This document shows positions 1 to 13,499 of a stretch of DNA of 64,000 bases, piece by piece (the first letter of the stretch is position 1; each line of letters begins with the position of its first letter). The position numbers and the translations under genes were made by a program. The notes beneath the pieces were generated by a model. It worked only from the letters and a program-made list of their open reading frames with translations. It was not told where the DNA came from and searched no databases. The stretch is from Amoebophrya sp. A120 (taxonomy: Eukaryota > Protista > Dinoflagellata), in assembly GCA_905178155.1 (NCBI GenBank), contig CAJINV010000006.1, positions 1,489,876 to 1,553,875 of the forward strand, in the 5' to 3' direction.

Positions 1-3000
1 TCACATCAACTTCATCTTCATCTTGTGTTGCAGGAACGCCAGGAGCTCCACATCGTCGTCCTCTTTCCACCCTCTACGAACGCCTCTTCCTGATCCCGAG
101 AAGCGATTGTGACTCGATTGACTTGGACTACGAACTTCACGAACAGAAGACGCTCAAACTGTTGGAAAACGCGCTGCTTGAAAAGTTGATGCCGGTTCAG
201 TACCGAACCTGTCTGGTGCTAGGTTCGAGTTGCGTCGCGATTGGGTTTTGGGGGTTGGTTTTGGCGTTGTTGGTTTCGAGCTTCCTCTTTATTGTCCATC
301 CCTCAGCAGGTGGAGCGTCGTCGGGTTGTGCGCTACTTGCTGCCGAAAACGAAGAGGATCAAGAGGAACAACATCTGCTCTCATCTGGAAAGATGATTTT
401 CCAGCCTTTGTTCGCAGTACCAATTTTCCTTCTCTGCATCGGCAACATTCTCTGTGCGATTTTTTACCGAAAAAAGCGGCTTTTAACCAAGAACGCGGTC
501 GAAACGAGAAGACACAACATGCGGGAAGGGAATATTAAACGCGTGTCTATGACGGTGTCGGAGGAAGATATTGGGAGGTTCGGATACCCCTTGATAGCTG
601 AAGATAGCAGCAGCAGCAGTCGCACCGGACTGCTGTCTGATAAACCTCGTGCGGGTCGTGACTGCATCACAATGGAATCGAAATCGAAAACTGCGACATC
701 CGTACTACTGGCTGTTGGCTGCACAGTAGGAGTCAAAAGCGGATCAATCCAGGGCGGAGGGGGTAGTAGTTCATCTGGAGAACAACGACGAGACTACAGT
801 CCGGGGACGAGAGGCGGGAGACATACAGACCAATCCACAGAAAATACGACGCCGTCGTCTACTGAGATAAACAAATCAGAAAGAACTACTACATCAGGCA
901 GTGAAGTAGATGCTTCTTCGGATAGGAGTCCAAGCAGTGACGCAACAAGCAGCAGCTCCGCGGGCCGTCGGACAAGCCGCGGACGCCCAACAGCACGAGG
1001 ACTTTCACACAAGCGAAGGAGTAGCTCTAGTTCTCGTGTCGTGGTCACCAGCAATAAACATCGTACTATTACCAAGCACCCAAAGAACGAGAAGTTTCTC
1101 GCTTCGAGGTTTGTCACCGAGTTCTTGAACGTACGCGGGGGTACGACAAGAAGTGGAACGACCCGCGGTGGCACAAAGGATTATAGAGGAGCCACCGTTA
1201 ATACAGCAAGCTACAACTTGTCTTCCACGCGTCGAAACGAACGGAGGCAGGGTTTTTCAGCAAGTACTACATCTCCCTCTTGTCGTCCCTCCTTCCACCT
1301 GAAAAAAAGCCCACTTCTTTCCCTTCAATTCAACCCGATTTCCCTGACGTTCGAAATCGCAGACACGAGTTCGCCGCATTTCATCCACATCGGCCAGAGG
1401 CTTGTGGGGTATTTAGATTACAACGAGGAGAGCGAGGAGTACCTGAAATTGCAACGGGCAAAGCACAAGGACTTCGACAAACGGCAGCCTTCCAAGAAAA
1501 ACCCGCGCGGAAAGAAATTTTTTCAGTCCGCGGACCTGTTCTTGACCGATTTGAGCTTGGACAGGCGGGAAAGTAGTGCCGCTGTGGATCATGCCACGTC
1601 GAGGACTTCCAATGTTAACACCACCAGTTCATCTTCGACCGAGCAAAGATATACGGAGCACGCGTACAGGGAAGAAGATGGGTCTTGGTTAGTAGAGAAA
1701 AGGGCGAGGGAGTTTTTAGCCATGCGCCGGAGCTGTGAGTTGAAAACGAAAAGAGTTTCCACTGAAACCATTCAAACAACCACCACCACGCCGCCGAGAG
1801 TCGTGGGAACCACAATTGGTGCTGGGGCGGTTTTGTCGCTGCCTCCAGTGCATCAACAACATTCAGCTGCTGCGTTCTTGACCACGACAAGTAGCACAGA
1901 GCAGCAGCAGGCCGATGCAGCTGTGCTCCACCTTCCACAACAAGCCACCGTAGCAGCTCGGGGAAGCACCAGCAGCTCCGTGTTGGAGCTGAAAATTCCA
2001 AATTTGATGAACACGTCTGCTTGTGGACTCGAGAGCGCGAGTGTCTTGAGCTCCTGCAGGCGAAGCAGCGTACCGGATTTGGACAGTTGCTATGAAAATT
2101 TTAGAGCCTCGCTTTCTACTTCCGGAGGGGAACAAGTAGGTGGTGGTTGGAACAACAGGAATCGGGACAGGGAACAAGAAGTCCGGGAGGAAACAAGAGC
2201 TTCTATTCTATTGGAAAACTACGATAAACAGATCGTAGCCAGTCCGTCCGCCCTGCTTGGGATCGGCAGGATTGCGGCTGGCTGTTCTTTCTTCCCGCGG
2301 CGTCAACCTTCTAACGGAAGAATTTCCGTGGCGTCGGCGCATCGTGTTGCTCGTTCCGCAAGGACGCACGACGAAACTGCTCCCCGTCCTGTTCAGACGG
2401 AGGGGCAAGGAGGGTCCTTGCAACAGCCGCAGATGATTACAACGCAAGAGCATGCAAATGCAAACGCGGACCCAGACGCAGAGGACAGTGACGGTCGGCG
2501 GACAACGGTTTCGCAGGTGAGCGCGGAGCACGACGGGGACGAGGGGGACGACGCAGAAGATGACGATCCCAAGAACGGTGGTATAAGACACAGGAAACCC
2601 ACCTCCCCTCGTCGTTCAGAAGACGAGACAACAGGAGCGACACAATATGAAGATCAGCCCCCGACACAACAACTTCGAAACGTAGTGAAGCGACTGCGGA
2701 GGGTGTACCAGTTCCTGTATGGAGAGAACAAGCTGATGCTGAACACAACTAGTACAACGAGCGACGCACAGTCACGAGACGGCGGATCATCATCTTCATC
2801 GAGGGATACAACTAGTAGACCACCACGGGGCGGCGGCGGCGGGGAGTTACGCACTTTATTCTTCCAGGACATCGGGATGAAACGGTGGAAAAACGAACGT
2901 ATCCACAGTAAATTTCCTGTACACGTACAAATGCGGCTTCTGCATGACAAAGCTTGCCTTTGATTCTAGTTAGCATGACAAGTGGCATGCTCTAAGTTGG

Positions 3001-4304
3001 GGAAATTTGTGATGCATTTTGCACGTGTACTATGGGAAATTTCCGGTGGATAGAACGAAAACGAATAGCATTGGACTTTGAATACCGCAGGAGCTCCTTG
3101 TCCTTCATCTCTGGGCGAAATTATACTGGAAGAAAATTATGGAGGTCCTCGTCGAGCAGGGGACGAGGGCGAAAGATCCTTTTCCCTAGGCAGCGCCAGA
3201 GCAGAAGAAGCACGACGGACTGTAATTCATCGACGTATAATAGTCGCAATAGCCGAGGAATGCTCGGAAAAATAAACCGGTACCGTTCCTGGTCCTCCAC
3301 CGATTCCATAACCTCGTCTGTCCAAGGAACTGCAGGAACAAAACGGGCGTCCAGTTGCTTATCCTTAGGCAGTGACCTCCCGAATTACGTTGTCCACAAC
3401 TCGCGGAGATCCCGCTCGACTTCCGACGACGGCGGAGGAGGATACCACGGGCCACACAGCTACAACAGTACCTGTAAAAATAGATTTCTCTGCAGCTACG
3501 TGGAAACGCTCGAGGACGAACTGTTCGAGAAGGAAAAACAGCTTATGGGAGTGCACAACTCGCCTTCCTCCTCATTTGTCATGCAAAAACCCAAATCCAT
3601 GTGCCTCACAACTGTGGCACTGTTTTTTACATGACAGATTCCGGAAACCCAAACAGTACTACTTACACTAGGCGCATGAATTTGTCATGCACAGGCTCCG
3701 CGTGTGCTGGTTTTTGTATTGCTGTTCATGCCATACAAATGAGGGGTAGGGGGAGTTGTGAACTCTCATACAGCTCCGGGAAAAAACAGAACTGCTGGAA
3801 GCGATGACCACTCGACTAGCGGCGGAGGAGGAAAGTAGGCAAAGGAGAATTTGTAACACGAGCAGGGAAACAAGAAATAGTAAATCTCACTTTCGCGAAG
3901 GAGCTACAACAGAAGGGCAGAACGATAATGAAGGGACCTTTTATCCTAAAATTTTGAAGCGGTCCCAGCCCTCCTTGACCAGCGATGCCAGCACGAGGTT
4001 CCCGTCGGTAACCACGATTGGCAGTGGGAGCTCTTCGCTGCTCCGGTTGCCCAGTATAATAGGTGGAGGGATGAACAAAGCTACAAGTACGGTGGCGCCA
4101 GTACTAGCATCTTCCTCAGCTTCAACGTCAACCAGGATGAACAAACCGTCGAAAAGCGTTAGTTTCGACGATGAAACCTTGAGGGAGCAAGCATGTAGAA
4201 ATACAGCAAGTCCCCGCGGCACAACAGCAGATTGTGCAACAAGTGGAGGAGGTGGAGGGAGTGTGAAAAATAAGAAGCCTGCCCGCATCGTTGTGATACC
4301 GTGA
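1..4304 (+). CDS. Unknown membrane protein with two hydrophobic segments and long S/T/R-rich low-complexity regions; 5' end lies outside the window
   Basis: Frame is open from the window edge. Exons <1-2899, 3058-3543, 3776-4304. Removing the inserts at 2900 and 3544 (+5 nt each) joins ORFs 123, 3032 and 3804 in frame (NER|KRIAL; KQL|REKTELLEAMTT). Confidence 0.7.
2900..3052. mobile_element. Introner, singleton type
   Basis: TATCCAC..GTGGATA TIR; DR GAACG/GAACG; frame restored. Confidence 0.85.
3544..3770. mobile_element. Introner, family C (TATG..AGTGCACAACTC)
   Basis: TIR; DR CAGCT/CAGCT; frame restored. Confidence 0.9.
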
Positions 4305-4679
4305 GATTCATCTCGCGGCACTACAACAACATGACAGATTTGATGTTGAAATTTTGCGATGGGAACAAGATGATGGTCCCTTTTCTTTTCACTCTACGTT
4401 ATGACTACAGATCCACGCTTTTGCAATTTTCTCTTGATTTATTTCTCAGGGTCGTACTGGTACTACGCCCGAGCAGTAGGACGCACAAACACAAGCTCTT
4501 TTTTGCTGTGAGTGACTCAGCACGGGCACATCGCTCTCGTGAAACGTTCCTACTTCTACTTGTACATCAAAAAATAGAAGAAAAGCATCGCTCCTGCTGA
4601 TGTACAAGCAGAAAAGCTTGCTCTGTGTTTGTCGGCAACTCCTCCGACGACAGAGGTGTGTTCCGAGTGTTAGGTAAAA

Positions 4680-6720
4680 CACCGGTGAGAAAGTATTGGC
4701 CGAAACCTGAGCGCTGTCCCATTTGCTTTTAGAAGTTGTCCGACCTCAAAAACGAAAGCGAAGAGCAGAGGCGGCCGCTCGCCCGGCACTGGAAGCGTCG
4801 CGCGATTGCCTGCCGCATTGCCGGGCAGGCATTGCCTGGGGCGCCGCTGCCGGTAAACGCGCCGGCACTGTGCCCGCGGCGCTGCAAGAGGCGCCGAAAG
4901 GGCGGGGGTTCTATGTGCCTGCGATGTTGGGCCCGATGCCCTGGCCGGGTGGTCGGTGTCTACAGCCCGCGCCACTACAGCGGAAAGGCTGAGCAGCACA
5001 GAGAGTCTTGGCGGCCTATTTTCGCCACCCGGTTCAGGTATGGGGCTTGCGTCGTGATCAACATAGGCCGCGCGATCGGCCCGGGTGGCAGTTGGGTGCG
5101 CTATTCGCCCGGTGGCTGGCCGGGGCAGGCGCTCGCGGCGAGGTGGGAGGCAAATTCAACTGCCCAGCAACTACGACGCGACGAGGAATTTGATGAAAAC
5201 CTGCCGCGTGGTGGTTGTGGGACTGCATGCGGGGGGGTGGTGTTGGTGTCGGGGTTGCTCCTGGCCACGGCGTACGCGAGCGTCAGCGCCCACACGGTTC
5301 GGGCGGTCCAGGGTTATGACGATTGCGCCCCGGCGCCGAGTGCTTTGGTGCGTGGAGACGCAATCTCGGCGGGCGAGGTCCGGATGTTGGTCGGCGTGCA
5401 GTATCTCGAGGAGGCCTGTGCGCGCTGAACGCGATCGCACGAGGAGGCGAGGAAAATCCGGCCCGCCACGAAAACCGGAATCGCCTAACCGGTATTTTCG
5501 GCCGGCGGGACGCAGGACCGCGCGTCCGGGCCAGTCGCTCGGTGCGCGCGGAGGGTGTCTTCGCGTTCAGGCATAGGCGCCGCTTCGATTCGCTTTCGCG
5601 GATTTCTTCGGGCGGAGGGAGTTGCCTGTGCGTGGGCCCCGTGTGCCCTCTGTGCCGGACGCTGCTGGTGGGCCGCAGGCGCTTCCTTGGGCCGCCCGGG
5701 CTGGCGTGTCCGTCGTTCTTGCTTTTTATGTGCCGCTGCGCCGGCGGGCACCAGCTTCCTGCGTTCGCCGCGTATGCCTGCCGGCCTTCCTGTAGGCCGG
5801 GAAGGCTTGCCCCCCCGGGTGGCTCCTGGCGGCACGGTAGGGGCGGCCGGCTGGCGCCCCTTCGTTCTGCCCGCCGCGCCGGGGCGGGCCCGGCAGCTGG
5901 CTCGCGGGGCCCAGCCCGGCAGCGCGGCGAGGGCAGCAGGGCAATGCGGCAAAAAGGTCCTGACGCTGCTCCGGGCCCGGCAGATCAGGCAGCCCCGGCC
6001 GGCCCGACCGACCCGACCGAGGGGATGGGCGCGCCCGTCCTTGTGCGCCCATACCTACCGCGCACGAGCGTGCGCGCGCGCGTGGCGCCACGCGGCGCCT
6101 GCGTCGGCCCCGCTATCTTCTTGGCTGACTTCTTTGCCAGCGCCCCAGCTGGCTCGCCGGCCCCGGTTTTTTAGCCTGCCAGCCGTTTCCTTGCCTGCCT
6201 CTTGTTATGTCCTTAGCCCGCCAGGCCGCGACGCAGCGTATGGGCGGGGGCGGAGAGGCTTGCTCGCAGCCGTGCCCCGGCTGGAAATTCGCCCGCCAGC
6301 GCGCCCCGGGTGGCGTGGGTCGCCGTGGCCAATGCGCCGGGCGCGGGGCGAGCGCGCGCCCGCTGCTCGTTTGTTTTTTTTTTGTGTCTCGTGCGAGGCG
6401 CTTATCCGAAGAACGTGTGGCGCTCTGGTTGTTTCCGATCAAGGTTCGCAGCGACTTGTCCTCGTAGTGCGTGACGAAAAGGTAGCCCGGCTCCTCTGGA
6501 CCCTCTCCGCCCGGGCCGCCGGGTGGGCAAGGTCGGTGTTTCGTTGTCTCCCGTATGATGTTCTGTTCCCCGAACAAAACTGGTGGCCCTGCAAAGTTCT
6601 CACCAGTTTGTGTCTGTGGAAGGATGTGCTGAGGCGCAGCAGGAGCCATAGGCCAAACCACGCCAAAAATACATTCCGGGAGATATTAAGGAGGGCAGTT
6701 GTATTGTAGCGTTGCGTCGC
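4680..6720. other. GC-rich intergenic block, probably transposon-derived
   Basis: Abrupt rise in GC; overlapping R/G/P/A-rich ORFs on both strands; no domain recognised. Boundaries approximate. Confidence 0.4.
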
Positions 6721-7044
6721 AATCATTCCATCTCGAAAGTATTTCCGCCTTGTAGATTTGCGTGATGTGTAGCGCGTACTACCAGCTACTACGCGAGCAA
6801 TGATCCCAATACGAGCGAGTTATATGATCATATACTTAATTACACAACGAGTATGGGATGAACGATTTGTCTTTCATTCTGTTTTAGCTGCACCAGACAG
6901 ACCCAACGATTACATCATGCGCTAGGGCCTCTTGTTACCCCGATCATGCTTCTTGCTCCCGTCGACGTCGCGGCAAATATGGGCTAAGTTCTACTTGCAG
7001 CACCAAATAAATCCAGCAGCAGTGATCAACCCAGGATCAACAAC

Positions 7045-10000
7045 ATGGGCAACGCCGGCAGCACAGCCGGCCAGGAGGCGGCCCTGCTGCAGTTTGCAGA
7101 GGCGGTGGGGACGCTGAAAACCGCAGCCGCGAAAGTGGTACAGCAGCAGGCCCGGACGAATTCACCGGACAGCGCGTGTCTGGATCTTTCTCTCGCATCA
7201 CCCGGTAGTTCCTCGCAGCTGAGGCAAGCGGTGGAGGTTTTGGTTGGAAACCATTTGGACCACCTCCCAGTGGGGCAAAATCATCCATCCTCGTCATCGT
7301 CTACTTCTTCTACTTCACCCTCAGGGAATAAACCAACCGGCACGTCGGCCACGTCGTCCTCAACATCCTCCAAAACGATCCCCCGCGCCGCCATCGCACT
7401 GGAAGACCTCGTCGAGATGCTTCCGGCAACCAACGATGAGTGGCTGTTCACGCGGGTGAAAGGTGCGGAAGGTTTTGCACTGCCGCTGGACGGGATAAAG
7501 AAGGGCAAGAACTCGCCGAAAGCAGAAGACGACACAACTACTAGTGGCCGCGCGGAGATCAAAAACTATGGGAACGAGAAGAACGCCCCTACGACAACAC
7601 TGATCCAGCTGTTATTGCAGAAGCTGATTGACGTTCTGGAAGAAGAAGCGTTTGACTCGCCAGTGGATGACATTCTAGCAGGAGTGGAAGACGATACTAG
7701 CCCAAAGGATGATGACACGAGCAGGCTAATCCAGCTGCAAAATTCGCACCTGAAAAAGCTGCACGCGATTAGGATGTTGACGCGATTACTGCCGATTTTC
7801 CTGGGAACAACGACAGAAGTCGCTGGAATATTATCTTCTGAAGATGGGACGAACAATTATGACCAAGGGGCAACATCTTCGTCGTCGTTGTTGTTCCCGG
7901 GTGCTGGTGGTGCAGAAGACGAGGCCAATTTTCTCGCAGACCAGTCCACGGCCCTGCAGTTTTCGTTCAACTTGCTGGAAGCCATCCAACTTATGCTCTT
8001 TGAGAAGAACAGCAGTGGCACATCAACCAGCAAGACAAACTCCAAATCCCGCACCGACCCGGCGCACGTCGACCCGCGGCTGTTGTGGCGGTGCGGGGTC
8101 GGGGTCGCATTGGAGTATGAGATGATGATGCGACAGTCACCTGCTTCTGGAAGTTCTTCGGGCGGATTCAACAACTCAGCTGGTAGTGGTGCAGGAACTA
8201 CAGCTACTGCTATTGGCGGGTCAGAAAATAGATCAACATCGCAGTACAACCAGACGAGCACCAGAACCACAGACCCCTTCTACTCAGAACTACAAGTCCG
8301 CGAAAAGGAGCAAGAGCTGCGGAATGAGCTCCTTCTCCTTCTCCTCGTGGCCCTAAGCGGCGCCTTGTTTAAAACCGCGGGGGAGTTAGCCGGGCGACAG
8401 GAGGAAATAGTATCGGAAGATGAATTGAGCTTGAGCAACGAAAACACAACTCCAGCGCAAATTGCAAATGCAATGCTCTCCGGGACGAGCAGTACATCAA
8501 GAGCTAGGCAGAGAAGCATGAGTAGAGATGAAGGTGAGATCATGGGTGCGAACGATTTGAGCACCTTGAGTGCCGTGGTGGATGAGAAGTTGTGGCTTCA
8601 GGTTTTCGTCACTGGCTACTTTGCGCATATCAAATGCAAAAGTGTCTGGGTCTGGAAGATTGCGAGATTTGTCATGCTTGTCAGGGATGACCAAAAAGCT
8701 TGTGATGCGTGTCCAAGACCAGACCCCTTTGCCTGTCATGCAAAAACGCAGTTTGTCATGCGAAAAACGCAACACACAGAAGCGCAGAGATTTCTCATGC
8801 GTGGCTGTGCATTACAGAGCATTCACTATTCCCAGCACAGCATTACAAGTTTCCAGACCCAGACATATTTGCATTTGATAGCGCACACCGCGAATCTATT
8901 CTTCTCACTGATGAGCACGGTATTTTTTAAACTTGTTGAACAACAACTTCTGATGAGTTGTTTCCAAGTTTGCATTTGGATTCGCTTTCAACATGATGGA
9001 TAAGTTTTTGCATAATATCTGATTTTTGTAGTCTGTTATGCAGTATGCCTAGGATTGCATCCTCCAAATTGAAATTTCCTATCAGGTCTTCTCCCCACCC
9101 CGCTTACCAATCTCCACCAGTCGATTCTCCTTTCTCGGCGGGCTATTCTTCGGCAATAGTACTAAGTCCGCAACCACGTCGGAGCGTATGGAATTCCAGG
9201 AGCAAAATACAGTGGAATTGAGCATCATGCTGCTCTCCATTCTCCTCGATTTCGAAGCCGGTGCTGGTGCGACAACGTCATTATGCATTGCAAATATGTC
9301 TGGGTCTGGAACAAGGATCCAAACTTGTCATGCTGTCTTTGGATTCTAAAAAAGTCTGTATTGCATGACAAACAAGAGGGGCCCAGATTGTGCTACGCGG
9401 AGAGGGCGTTTGTCATGCGGAGTGGGCATCACAAAGCCTTCCAAAAATCTGTGATGCTAAGTCATGCACTACAGGCACGATGGGTCATGCAGAATATGCA
9501 TGACAAACCCGGCAATCTACTTCCAGACCCAGACCTAGTATTTGCATTTGATAGTCATTCCCTTTCAACAACCAGTCCCCCACGTATAACCAACGCCGGT
9601 ACCAGAAGCGGAATTTGGTCCAAGCGAGGGATGAGGCCGCGTTTGAAAGAGAACAAGAACTTTTGCAGTACCGACAGCAAGAACATGCGGATGTTGAACT
9701 GCAGCAACACAAACTGTCGAAGAACATCAGCGACCAGAATCTCTCTGACGGCGGAGGCACGGTGTCTTCCGCGGATCAGCACGTTTCCGTTTCCAGCTCG
9801 GATCATGATCCCATGTCTTCCTCCGGCGGGGGTATAGGCATAGCCGGCGGTGGTCCTGGAGAAGCTCCGGCAATAGGTCACCCTCCAGCCCCCGCAACAA
9901 GCAACCGCTCCAGTCGGAGGTCGAGCAAAAGTAGAACCCAGGACGTCAACTCGACGAGTTCACAGCTAGACCACGGTGATGGCACAGAGCAAGTAGAATC

Positions 10001-12813
10001 CAATGCGTTCCGGTGTTTACTACAAAGCATCGAGAAAGACTCCGAGCTGGATCTGATCCTAGACTATCAACTGCAAATATGTCTGGGTCTGGAAGAATGT
10101 ATGTTTGTCATGCGTGTCTTGCATGACTCTTAAATCTGTCATGTATGTTACCCAAGAGCCCCATTTTTCTGTCATGCAGAAACGCAGTTTGTCATGCAGA
10201 ATAGGCAACGCCTAGAAGCTCAAAGACTTGTCATGCTGGGCCAGCTCTTGTGGCCTCCTCATGATACGCCACCCAGCATCACAAATTTCCAGACCCAGAC
10301 ACTTTTGCACAGGATATAGATGGGTTCCTAAGGCAGATGAACGTGGCGGACGTGATTATTTACGGCTATAACGCGAACACTTACTCGACTGCGACGTCCA
10401 AAGCGCTCCAAAACCGGGAAGAGAGGAAGGATTTGACGGACACAAACTTGATTCTCATCCTTCTCTGGCAGTGCTTACACCACAACCCGTTGTTGTTACA
10501 AAGGCTCGGAACGGCCAACGCCGGAATCCACACCCCCGGGCAGCCGAGTCGGGGGTTGGTGTTTTCGTTGTTTCTGTTGAAGCAACTGGCGAGAATGCAC
10601 GCCCAGAATTTGGACGCGATGCAGGTCGTGCACAATACTAGCAGCAGTTCTAGTACTTCGGAACAACAGCAGAGTAGAGCAGGTGGCGCAGCAGCTGGTG
10701 TAGTTCCTTCCCAACAAACAATGACCTCCAGAACAGCAGAGCTCCACCTTTGCTCGTTTTTGCTTTTGCTTCTATTATGCGTTGCAAAAGTATCGTACTC
10801 GTATAAATGCATGACAAATTTCCTCAGCATGAGAGGGAGAATTTGTAATGGGGATTTACCTTCATAAAATGATTTGTAATGCATGATTCCCATACGACTA
10901 CGAGTACGATACTTTTGCACAGGATATCTATCGGGCGAACGGAACATCGCAGTTTCTCTCAACATATCAAATGTAAAAATGTCTGGGTCTGGAAGAATGC
11001 AACTTGTCATGCTAAATCTGAAGCATGCAAAAATCTGTGTTGCATGATTACCAAAAGTCGTCCAGTTTTGACCAAGTCGGGAGGGAGTTTCTCATGCAGG
11101 ATAGGCATGAGAGAGATTGCGCAGAATCTGTCATGCTAGGTCCTGCATTCCAGGCTTCATGGGTCATGGAAAAGCTGCATGACAAACCGCGTATTCTTCT
11201 AGACCCAGACATTTTTGCATTTGATCAAACACGAGTATCAACACGAACGGAAATAAGTGGTGGGCGGTGGAGGTGTTAAACTCTTTTTCGAAAAACCTAC
11301 ACAGCACAGGTAGTGGCGTCGCCAAAGCGGCCGCGCGGACAGCAACCGCCGGGCCTCGCAGTACCGAAATGGAGCAGGCGATTCAGCAAATCAGCAAACA
11401 CTTACTTGCAGAGTCCAAGCCCGCCACTTTCGCGGATTTTTTCGTGTTGGTCCTGCTGAAATTGATAAGCGACTCGTTGCTGAAGGATGAGCCGTTGGTG
11501 GATTTGCTACTGACAATCCTCTGCAACATCTCGCCTATGCAGTGCAAAACAAGTATCGTACTAGTATAAATCGCATGACAAATTTCCTCAGCAAGCGAAA
11601 TAAAATTTGTGATGCGGATTTAACCTTGAAACAAAAATTTGTAATGCATGACTGCGATTACTACTAGTACGATATTTTTGCAATGCATATCGCCTTACCT
11701 GAAACAACTGGCGGTCACAACGTGTTTGAAGCTCACCTCCTTTTTCGAACGAATCTGCAAAAAGAATTATCTCTTGAAAAACAGCACGAATTACCGGAAT
11801 TTGTTTCTCCTCATCGAGTTTTTCACCAACATTATCCAGTACCAAGCGGAAGGGAATCAGGTTTTGCTCTACTCTCTCGTGCGGGTCAAGAGTGTGTTTG
11901 AGAAATTGGAAGAAATGGAGTTAGATGAGGAGATTGCAGAGCGGGAGGTTGAAAGGATGAGAAATGACAGAGATCAAGGCCAAATTGCAGGGTCTCAACT
12001 ATCCGACTCAACTACCACCAGCAAGCAGTCTTCCAAGGGAAAAAATACAACAACAGCAGCGGCAGCAGCAGCAACAGGAACAGCTACCTCCGGAAAAGAT
12101 AAAGACCCCAATGAACTACAAGTCAACAAGCAAAGATCCCACAGCTCTGACACGACAACGTCGACCAGCAGGTACGAACAACAATTGCTGAACAAAAAAC
12201 TTTGGTTCCATTCCTGGCACGACCAGAAACTGCCACAAGTTCTCAGCACGGTGAAGCACCTGATTTACAAGCTAGAGCCGGAGATTATTGAGCAGTTCTA
12301 CAACACTGCTCGCGAGGTATGCACTGCAAAAGTATCGTACCAGTTCTAGTATGAATTGCATTACAAATTAGCCCAGCATTTTTAACTAAATTTGTAATGC
12401 TGATTTACCTTGAGAAAGCGATTTGTACTAATGCATAAACGCAATGACTACGAGTACGATGCTTTTGCACAGGATACGAGGGCCCCGCTGGCAACTACGC
12501 ATCCGGAGACACCGCGCCGCCGGATATGGACACGATTATTGAGTACATGCGGACCAACACGACCACCGTCGGTTTACTCCCCCAGCCCCACGCGATTGTG
12601 GTGAGGACGTACATACCAAATTTGTACACGACGATCTGGTTCACGCATTTCCTGTACGGCGCGGCATTTGCGAAGATCACGACGGCGTTGGCGCCGTTGT
12701 CCTCGAGCGCGTCCGGGGGAGTGTCTGCGGCGGGGAACGCGGGGGAAAGTTTGAGTCTCGCCGGGCTGTACGACTGTAAGAAGATTAAGCTGGTAAACGT
12801 GGTGATGGCGTGA
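7045..12813 (+). CDS. HID1: HID1-family (HID-1/Ecm30) Golgi/secretory trafficking protein, ~1354 aa
   Basis: Exons 7045-8627, 8886-8919, 9086-9281, 9559-10064, 10322-10775, 10932-10964, 11232-11535, 11695-12317, 12482-12813 (4065 nt). N-terminal MG myristoylation-type start. Reassembled motifs LLLLSGERN, LLTILCNISPYLKQL, FTNIIQYQAEGN and VGLLPQPHAIVVRTY match recalled HID1 motifs. Confidence 0.92.
8628..8880. mobile_element. Introner, family A (TAT..TGCAAA..GTCTGGGTCTGGAA)
   Basis: TIR; DR GCGCA/GCGCA. Confidence 0.92.
8920..9085 (+). other. Canonical GT-AG intron in HID1 (166 nt)
   Basis: GTATTT...TATCAG; removal gives MST|VFSPP in frame. Confidence 0.8.
9282..9553. mobile_element. Introner, family A
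   Basis: TIR; DR GTCAT/GTCAT; frame restored. Confidence 0.92.
10065..10316. mobile_element. Introner, family A
   Basis: TIR; DR TAGAC/TAGAT; LILD|GFLRQ. Confidence 0.92.
10776..10926. mobile_element. Introner, family B (TAT..TGCAAAAGTATCGTAC)
   Basis: TIR; DR TCTAT/TCTAT; restores LLSGERN. Confidence 0.93.
10965..11226. mobile_element. Introner, family A (3' end ATC)
   Basis: TIR; DR CAACA/AAACA; frame restored. Confidence 0.88.
11536..11689. mobile_element. Introner, family B
   Basis: TIR; DR TCGCC/TCGCC; restores NISPYLK. Confidence 0.93.
12318..12476. mobile_element. Introner, family B
   Basis: TIR; DR CGAGG/CGAGG; can be read as GT-AG intron 12317-12480. Confidence 0.92.
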
Positions 12814-13499
12814 TGAAACAGTGCGCGGCGACTTGGATACAGATACTTACGACGGGGAGGCACGTTGTGGTGTAGTGTTTTCTGGTTTGACCACGAGGAC
12901 GGGAAGTCACGTTGTGGCGTTGTCCTGGAAAGATGTTGACCGTAGTTGGAGAGAGTCGACGAAGATACGGCACTACGTGGGTGCCGAAGGCTGTCGTGTG
13001 ATTCTTGCTCTATTGTAGATTGTTCTTGTAAATAATGCTTGTCAACGCAGATGACGGTTTGCTGAGTTCTTGTCCTCATTTTTATTCGCTAAATTCATAG
13101 GTTGTGCACCAAAACGGATATTAGACGTTGAGTTGTGTGGTTAAGCGTTACAAATAAGTGGTAGAAGCAAAAAAAGAGCTCGAGTGGAAGGCAAACTACA
13201 GCCTGAAGTTGTTTAAGTGGACGCTCCGTCTCCGTGCAATATCAAAATCAAATGTTTGATTTGAGCGAGTGCTAGAGCAGAAGTCTCAACACCTCCGAAT
13301 GAATCTGGTGCAAGTACTAGTACAACGAATGATCGAAAGCTGCAGCCTAACACCAGCGCTGCTTGTTGTGCGCAAAGTGTGACAAAGCGAAAAGTAGTGG
13401 CAAGGCTGATGTTCATACCCGTGTTCAAGAACAGAGAAAGAGATGAGCTTGAGGAGGAGGAGGACGAGAGAGAGAGATCTACAAAAAACAGACTCACTT

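Noticed and set aside
4670-6726. Long overlapping R/G/P/A-rich ORFs here and at 13558-14701, 16722-17989 and 28400-30961
   Set aside because: Expected from stop-codon depletion in GC-rich repeats; present on both strands with no recognisable domain.
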